From a bacterium (GTDB lineage: Bacteria > Patescibacteriota > Minisyncoccia > Sungbacterales > HO2-52-23), in the NCBI GenBank assembly GCA_030697705.1, contig JAUYPE010000002.1:4312-68311 (forward strand): a DNA stretch of 64,000 bases, given 5' to 3'. Below, one piece after another: positions 58,367 through 64,000 of the stretch. Position 1 is the stretch's first letter. Every line of letters begins with the position of its first letter. The notes below the pieces were generated by a model. The model was not told where the DNA came from and did no database searches. It saw nothing but the letters and a program-made list of their open reading frames with translations. A program made the translations under genes and the position numbers.

Positions 58367-61000
58367 TCACCGCGGCTTTTCACCTCTTTTATTTATTTTA
58401 CCTGAATTAATTTGTCTGCTTCTAAAAAACCATTTTGCCATCTCAATCAGCACAATATTCAATAAACCGATTAGTACAACGCCGATCAACCAATTGAGAG
58501 GCAGTGCCACCGTATTGAAAATCGTTTGCAGTCCTGGGAGATAAATGGCTACTGCCATAAGGACAAGACCGATCAAAATACCGCCATTAAGATACTTGTT
58601 TGAAAATAGCGGATACGAAAGAATACTTCTGTCCAAGCTTCGCACCGAAAGAGCGACGAGTAATGTATAGGTACCGAAAGCGGCAAAGATAAAGGTACGA
58701 ACAATGGATTCATCATAGCCGAGTCGCATCAGAACGTAATAAATAACGAAGAGCAGGATGCTGGTCGAAAGACCAATGGCAAGAATCAGGAATTTCATGA
58801 CTGGATCGAAAAGTTTTATTTTACCTCTCTTCAACGGCTTGTGCTTAAGACCGTCCGGCTCTGTTTCAAACGCGTACGAAACAGCCGGAAAACTGTCGGT
58901 AAAGAAATTGACCCAAAGGATCTGGAGCGGATTTAAAGGCAAAGGCAAGCCAGTGAGAAGTGATCCGCCGATCAGAATGAGACCATCGGTCACGTTAGAA
59001 AGGAGGTACACGAGCACCTTACGAATGTTGCCAAGAATCTGCCGGCCTTCCTCAATGGCCGCAACAATGGTCTCGAAGTTGTCATCGAGAAGTACCAGAT
59101 CTGCAACGCTCTGTGCCACTTCCGTACCTGAACCCATAGCAATGCCCACATCGGCTTGTTTGATGCTAGGGGCGTCGTTCACACCATCACCAGTCATGGC
59201 CACCACTTCTCCCATTTCCTGATAGAGTTTGGCGATGCGAAGTTTGTCGAATGGCGTGACACGGGAAATAACAGCAAGATGCGGTAGACGAGCTTTCAAC
59301 TCTTCCTCTGAAAGTTTCGAGAGTTCGAAAGCATCCAGCACCGACTGTTCATCAACTTTCATACCAACCTCTTTGGCCACGGCTATAGCCGTTCCCCGAT
59401 GATCGCCGGTGAGAATGACTGTCTTGACGCCAGCGTCTTGTACACGACCTATGGCATATTTGATGCCGGGACGAATAGGATCACGGAATGTAATAAGGCC
59501 GCTCCACGACAAGCCGGAAAGGGATAAGTTTTTTGAAATAGAAAAGTTTTCCGTGTGAGTAATCTCTTTAGTGGCAACACCAAGCACTCGTTCTCCAGAG
59601 AGTGCAAGTGAGTCAATCTGCTCGAGCAATGCCCCCTTTTCTTTTGTGCCAAGCGAGGAATGACTTAGTAAAATATCAGGCGCACCGAAAAAGACGAGCA
59701 GATGTTTGCCAGATTCATTCACCAAAGATACTGAAAATTTCTGCACCGCATTAAACGGCATGGTTTGGAGAACATGCTCTTTGCCGGTGATTTCGGCAAA
59801 TGTCATTCCTCGAATACCGGCCGACCGAACAAGAGCCGTTTCCATAATTCTGCCGTTCATTCGCCAAGAGTCAGGATGGTCATGCGGATTTTCTATAAGC
59901 ACATTTGCGTTAGTGAGAGCCCGGGCAATTAACCTCTGTTCGCCTATGTCAAAAGGGATGATCTTTGACATCACCATTTTTGCCATCGTCAGCGTTCCGG
60001 TTTTGTCGGTAAGAATGACGGTCGTACTGCCCAGAGCCTCGGCCGCAACAAGTTTTCTCACCACACCCTTCCGCTTTGCCATTCGCTCTACTCCAACAGC
60101 AAGGATGACAGTCATGGATATTGGCAATCCTTCTGGAATGGCGGATACCGCGATAGCGACGGAAGTGAGGAACATATCAAAGGGAGAGTGCCCAGCAAGA
60201 ATACCAATACCGAATACCACAAGCGTCAACACGCCGAGGACAATACTTGAATAGATGCTGAAATTGGTGATGGCTTTCTGAAGCGGAGTTTTCTCGTTCT
60301 CGGAAGTTGCGATAAGCGATGCAATCTTGCCGAGCTCGGTGCTTGCATCGGTGCGGCAAACAATGGCGGCGCATACCCCTTGAGTTACAAGCGTTCCGGC
60401 AAAGATCATGGAGTTTTGATCCGAAAGCCCTGTTGATTCCGGTGACTTATCTGTTGATTTTGAGACCGGCAAAGATTCACCGGTAAGCACCGCTTCGTCG
60501 ACTTGGAAGTCGTTGATAAACATGACTCTCGCATCAGCTGGCACACGATCACCCTGTGCTAGTCGGATGATATCGCCCGGTACAAGTTCTTCCGCATCAA
60601 TCTCCCGTTCTTTACCATCCCGAATGATCCGCGCTCGCTGTTTGAGATAGGTCTTAAGTTCCGAAAGTGCACGCTCGGCTTTATTCTCCTGATAGAAGCC
60701 CAAAGCAGAATTGACAATAACGGCAACGAAAATAAAGATAGCGTCACGGTAATGCGAAATAGCCAGCGTAATGATGCCAGCAACGATAAGAACGAGTATC
60801 AGAGGATTGGTAAGCTGATTGAGAAATATTTTTAGCCCGACCACTTTTCTGGACGTACTGATCGTGTTTTTCCCAAACGCCAAAAGACGATCTTTAACCT
60901 CTTGTGCAGACAAACCTTTTTCTGTGTCCGTTTCAAATAACCGTGCCGTTTCTTCGGATGATAGATGCCAGAAACTTTTGTTTTGTATGTTTAAATCCAT
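58367..61000 (-). CDS. P2-type cation-transporting ATPase (Ca2+/Mg2+-ATPase-like)
   Basis: DKTGTLT phosphorylation site, PEGLP in M4, TGDGVNDAPSIKQADVGIAMG hinge; start at MDLNIQNKSFWHLSSEE. Confidence 0.85.
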   Translation of the reverse strand: MDLNIQNKSFWHLSSEETARLFETDTEKGLSAQEVKDRLLAFGKNTISTSRKVVGLKIFLNQLTNPLILVLIVAGIITLAISHYRDAIFIFVAVIVNSALGFYQENKAERALSELKTYLKQRARIIRDGKEREIDAEELVPGDIIRLAQGDRVPADARVMFINDFQVDEAVLTGESLPVSKSTDKSPESTGLSDQNSMIFAGTLVTQGVCAAIVCRTDASTELGKIASLIATSENEKTPLQKAITNFSIYSSIVLGVLTLVVFGIGILAGHSPFDMFLTSVAIAVSAIPEGLPISMTVILAVGVERMAKRKGVVRKLVAAEALGSTTVILTDKTGTLTMAKMVMSKIIPFDIGEQRLIARALTNANVLIENPHDHPDSWRMNGRIMETALVRSAGIRGMTFAEITGKEHVLQTMPFNAVQKFSVSLVNESGKHLLVFFGAPDILLSHSSLGTKEKGALLEQIDSLALSGERVLGVATKEITHTENFSISKNLSLSGLSWSGLITFRDPIRPGIKYAIGRVQDAGVKTVILTGDHRGTAIAVAKEVGMKVDEQSVLDAFELSKLSEEELKARLPHLAVISRVTPFDKLRIAKLYQEMGEVVAMTGDGVNDAPSIKQADVGIAMGSGTEVAQSVADLVLLDDNFETIVAAIEEGRQILGNIRKVLVYLLSNVTDGLILIGGSLLTGLPLPLNPLQILWVNFFTDSFPAVSYAFETEPDGLKHKPLKRGKIKLFDPVMKFLILAIGLSTSILLFVIYYVLMRLGYDESIVRTFIFAAFGTYTLLVALSVRSLDRSILSYPLFSNKYLNGGILIGLVLMAVAIYLPGLQTIFNTVALPLNWLIGVVLIGLLNIVLIEMAKWFFRSRQINSGKINKRGEKPR

Positions 61001-61001
61001 A

Positions 61002-61430
61002 TTATTTGCTGATAAAATTATTCTTCCTGGCCGAGTCGTCAAGCACTGCTCGTATCTCTTCACTTACAAAATTGTTATCCAGAATTCGTTTGAGCGCATT
61101 GAGTTGTCCTGGGAGGATAGATTGGCCGCATAATTCCTGCGCTCTATCTGCCACTTTCCCGATATCATCGAAAGAGATGACCATATTTGCCAAACCCACC
61201 TTCTTCAAAATTTCAGCGCAACCCATCTTGTCGCTTACCAGAACCGGAATGCCTAGACACGCCGCTTCCATAGGGACATTCCCAAATGTTTCAAAAGTCG
61301 AAGGGCATAGAATCAACCCTTGGGCTAGGTAAAACTTCTTCAACCCTTCAGCTAAACCAAAAATGTTCACAATGGTCACGAAGTTGATATAAAAAAATAG
61401 GCGAAAATATTGCACATGCTGGGCTCTCAC
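61002..61430 (-). pseudogene. glycosyltransferase family 1 C-terminal fragment (truncated remnant)
   Basis: Only the C-terminal GT1 motif (STFETFGNVPMEAACLGIPVLVSD) is present. The ORF begins directly after a terminator and lacks the N-terminal Rossmann domain. Confidence 0.45.
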
Positions 61431-61444
61431 GTAGGATTTTTAAG

Positions 61445-61489
61445 CAAAAAGAAAGAGTGACCTCTATAAAAGTCGCTCTTTCTTTTTTT
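61445..61489. terminator. bidirectional rho-independent terminator
   Basis: gaaagagtgac-ctctataaaa-gtcgctctttc stem-loop flanked by A-run on one side and T7 on the other; terminates 61496-62275 on the minus strand. Confidence 0.6.
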
Positions 61490-61495
61490 AATATC

Positions 61496-62275
61496 CTACA
61501 ATCCTTTTGCCTTTTGTGCGATATTTCGGAATTTCTGGTATGCTCCTTTCAAATCTTCATTTGCTTCCTTGAATGCCTTTCGCCCAATGGCTACCCGCGC
61601 GGCATCAACATCTTCCTCCGCATCTTTGAGATCGGATTCTACCTCGGTTGTGTTTTTGCCTTGAACTTTCAATTCACCAACCTTCGCCCCCACGGCGGCT
61701 GCGCGTTCTTCTGCTTTTACTACGGCATCGTTTGCGCGAGAGGCGTGAATAGCGTCAACAATACTTTTGACCAATTCGCGTTTGGACTTAAAGAGGTCTC
61801 GGATTTCTTTGGCAAGAGTCTTAATAGCGTCTCGCCCGGAAGCCGCTTCAATCTTTGCCTTCTCGGCATTTAAGTTCTGGATGGCAGTATCAACCGCATT
61901 GGCAAGTTGGGTTTTCAACTCATCGGTGATGTTTGGCATTCGTTGGATACGCTCTTTTGTGCGCTCCATCCATTTAATTTGAATGTCAACCAACTTGAGA
62001 AGAATCTCTTTTCTTTTGGTTTCCATTTTCTGTCGAGCTTCTTCTTGTTTCTGTTTGGCGGCTTCACGCCTTGCCTGAGCTGTTGCCCCGCGCTCTTCCG
62101 CAACCTGATTCCTTTCTTCATCATGAGCGTCTTTGAACGCCTGCCGTTCTGCGCGCAGTTGGTTGAGAGCATTTTGGAAATCGCCATCCGTAGTTTGCGC
62201 AACGCCCACCGATGGCGATCCTACGAACACGAAAGCGACAAAGATCGGCAAGAACGATAATAATAGTTTTTTCAT
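61496..62275 (-). CDS. secreted coiled-coil protein
   Basis: Signal peptide MKKLLLSFLPIFVAFVFVGSPSVGVAQ; remainder Lys/Glu/Ala-rich helical repeats. Confidence 0.45.
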   Translation of the reverse strand: MKKLLLSFLPIFVAFVFVGSPSVGVAQTTDGDFQNALNQLRAERQAFKDAHDEERNQVAEERGATAQARREAAKQKQEEARQKMETKRKEILLKLVDIQIKWMERTKERIQRMPNITDELKTQLANAVDTAIQNLNAEKAKIEAASGRDAIKTLAKEIRDLFKSKRELVKSIVDAIHASRANDAVVKAEERAAAVGAKVGELKVQGKNTTEVESDLKDAEEDVDAARVAIGRKAFKEANEDLKGAYQKFRNIAQKAKGL

Positions 62276-62296
62276 GGTTTTAGTGTTTAAAGAAAA

Positions 62297-62674
62297 TTAC
62301 TGCGAAACTTCGCCCAACGCTTGGTCAAGTTCCGAGAGAGCGGCGTCATCGGCCGCAAAAGCATTTAATGTTTGCCCGAAATCTGCTTGAGAGGATTCTT
62401 GGGCGATCGACGATTCGTCCAGTGCCTCAACCGCGCTGATTCCCGAGGTCTCATCCAAAATATCGCTGAAGGTTTGATTTAATTCCTCAAGAGCGACATT
62501 GTCTTTTGAGAACGCATCGAGATCAGCCGATATACTGTCCAGCTCTCCGACATCGCGATCCAAGCCAGGAACATCAAACGCTTTATCTCCTCTAAAAATA
62601 AAGAATGCTCCCACCACCACGACAAGAACGACAGCCACAACGATACCGATAACTGCGTTTTTATTCATATTCAT
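62297..62674 (-). CDS. membrane-anchored acidic protein
   Basis: N-terminal TM (VIGIVVAVVLVVVVGAFFIF) followed by a Asp/Glu/Ser-rich domain. Confidence 0.4.
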   Translation of the reverse strand: MNMNKNAVIGIVVAVVLVVVVGAFFIFRGDKAFDVPGLDRDVGELDSISADLDAFSKDNVALEELNQTFSDILDETSGISAVEALDESSIAQESSQADFGQTLNAFAADDAALSELDQALGEVSQ

Positions 62675-62804
62675 ATGCGTATATTTAAGTGGTGGATATT
62701 AACTTCACCAAGTGGCCGACCTTTGTTGAATCTTATATCCGACTTGGATTTCAACATTAAGAATATCACGAAACTTAAAGACGAGCAATTTTTTTTGAAA
62801 AAGA

Positions 62805-62874
62805 GCGGGTGAAGGGAATCGAACCCTCGCATCCAGCTTGGGAAGCTGGTGTACTGCCACTGTACGACACCCGC
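62805..62874 (-). tRNA. tRNA-Gly (anticodon CCC)
   Basis: Acceptor GCGGGUG/CACCCGC, D-arm GUAC-AGUGGCA-GUAC, anticodon stem CCAGC/GCUGG with loop UUCCCAA, T-arm GAGGG-UUCGAUU-CCCUU. Confidence 0.75.
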
Positions 62875-62920
62875 AATGCCATTATCCTAAAACCGAACAT
62901 GCGCTTTGTCTATAGTAAAC

Positions 62921-64000
62921 TTATACGGATTCTTTCTTCCGAAACTTCGGGGTAACCCAGAAGCCGAGGCGGGCACAGCCGCCGATGAGCAGGCGCGTTT
63001 GCGCCTCCAGCGCGGGGATCGCACCGAAGATGATAAGCGTAACGGGAAGCATGAGCCACTGTACAAAATATAGGACATAATGCCGCCGACGAAACCACAC
63101 GGGCTTGGGCGGCAAGAGCAGGATGCTCAAAATCGCCGAGGAGGTGATGCCGAGTATCGCCAAACTTGTGATAATGCGCGTGATGCGCGGAAGATTATAA
63201 GACAGCACCGAGCTCTGAAACGTCGAACCGCCGAGCGCGACGGGAAGCCAGCCAAGGAGGAATATCATGACCGCATTCGTCGCCCACGAGTGAAAACCTT
63301 CTATAATGTGGAAGCTCCAATAGAATTTTTTCCGCAGGGAAATTTTTTTATTGCGCATAAATCCGCACAAAAAATATGGAATATTCTCGCATCCCCACGC
63401 CCAGCGCCGCTGTTGTTTGTAAAGATTTTTCATCGTTGTCCAAAACTTCGGGGCGACATTGGCATCCATGGAGACAGGATACAGGATTGGCACGACGCGC
63501 CAATCGCCGCCGTAATGAAGGTAGCACTGCCAGAAAATTTGCGAGTCCTCCGAAACGATGGCGCGATTCCAGAAGCCGACTTCCGTGAGCGCTTTAAACG
63601 GCATGGCATGGGAAGAAAAAGTCGTCAGCCGTTCCGGGCGCGACTGTTGGATCATATGCCAAAAACTTGAGGAGAATGCGATAACGCGTGCGAGTAAAGG
63701 TGCGGTGAAAATATTGTTCGTAAAAAGCGGTATGGGCTGATAACTTGTGCGCTGGGGATTTTCCACCGTCAAAAATTGATAGGTAAGAATACCGAAGTAT
63801 TCGGGTAAAACCTGCGTATCCGCATCAAAAACGGAAACAAGTACCCGTTCATAAGGAATACGCATACCGTCAATAAGTACGCGTTGCGCCTCGCGCCCCG
63901 CCCATGCTTCATTGGAACCCTTGCCGGGAATCTCACTGGCAATCCCCGCCGGATGGACGGTCACAAGGAAGGCGCCGAACATCCCCTCAAACTCATGTCG
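62921..64000 (-). CDS. GT2-family processive beta-glycosyltransferase (cellulose/chitin-synthase-like), N-terminus beyond window
   Basis: DAD (DxD) and QQRRWAWG (QxxRW) motifs, multiple C-terminal TMs; frame stays open to the window end. Confidence 0.7.
   Translation of the reverse strand, partial: RHEFEGMFGAFLVTVHPAGIASEIPGKGSNEAWAGREAQRVLIDGMRIPYERVLVSVFDADTQVLPEYFGILTYQFLTVENPQRTSYQPIPLFTNNIFTAPLLARVIAFSSSFWHMIQQSRPERLTTFSSHAMPFKALTEVGFWNRAIVSEDSQIFWQCYLHYGGDWRVVPILYPVSMDANVAPKFWTTMKNLYKQQRRWAWGCENIPYFLCGFMRNKKISLRKKFYWSFHIIEGFHSWATNAVMIFLLGWLPVALGGSTFQSSVLSYNLPRITRIITSLAILGITSSAILSILLLPPKPVWFRRRHYVLYFVQWLMLPVTLIIFGAIPALEAQTRLLIGGCARLGFWVTPKFRKKESV

Noticed and set aside
1-64000. Search for CRISPR arrays or cas genes
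   Set aside because: No regularly spaced direct repeats with unique spacers were seen. The recurring repeats are dispersed palindromic elements, not arrays.

Overview
This is a gene-dense 64 kb window with GC around 50% and almost every gene on the minus strand. The gene content and surface-protein architecture are consistent with a small-genome Patescibacteria/CPR-like bacterium; that placement is an inference.

By position:
- 1-9.6 kb: seven GT4-type glycosyltransferases (one a 755-aa double-GT fusion) plus a CDP-paratose-epimerase-like epimerase, a cell-envelope glycan cluster.
- 9.7-19.4 kb: a secreted/surface protein locus. It holds a lamin-tail-domain (LTD) protein, a TPR protein, two PG_binding_1 proteins, a beta-repeat protein, and a 1206-aa Thr-linker surface protein with a 756-bp leader.
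- 20-23.5 kb: galU, a four-helix-bundle + HTH protein, and nth.
- 23.5-26.2 kb: clpB.
- 26.2-30.1 kb: a low-GC accessory patch. It holds two PIN toxin-antitoxin modules, one flanked by a relic of an LmbE-family gene 3' end, an intact LmbE-like deacetylase, and a frameshifted IS630-like transposase remnant.
- 30.1-37.1 kb: HtrA and an Fe-S assembly region. That region holds Nfu, Fe/Mn SOD, ferredoxin, an IscU/NifU scaffold split by a 144-aa mini-intein at the catalytic Cys, and NifS. It also contains a DUF4258/DUF2283 pair, a repeat element and an inverted-repeat-flanked low-GC passenger gene.
- 37-49.5 kb: peroxiredoxin, DedA, PAP2, AlkA-like glycosylase and a tandem-duplicated membrane gene pair with identical ~95-bp tracts. 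Further along are tRNA-Gln, ftsE/ftsX split by a repeat copy, a four-helix-bundle protein, prfB with the classical +1 frameshift site, tRNA-Thr and an SGNH hydrolase.
- 49.6-64 kb: a membrane-anchored Clp-like AAA+ protein with a catalytically dead D1, a GH-like protein, UPF0182, a P2-type ATPase, a GT1 fragment, tRNA-Gly and a GT2 processive synthase running off the window end.

An ~80-130 bp palindromic (MITE-like) repeat family recurs at least six times in intergenic regions. All calls come from reading translations and motifs by eye; no database searches were run.
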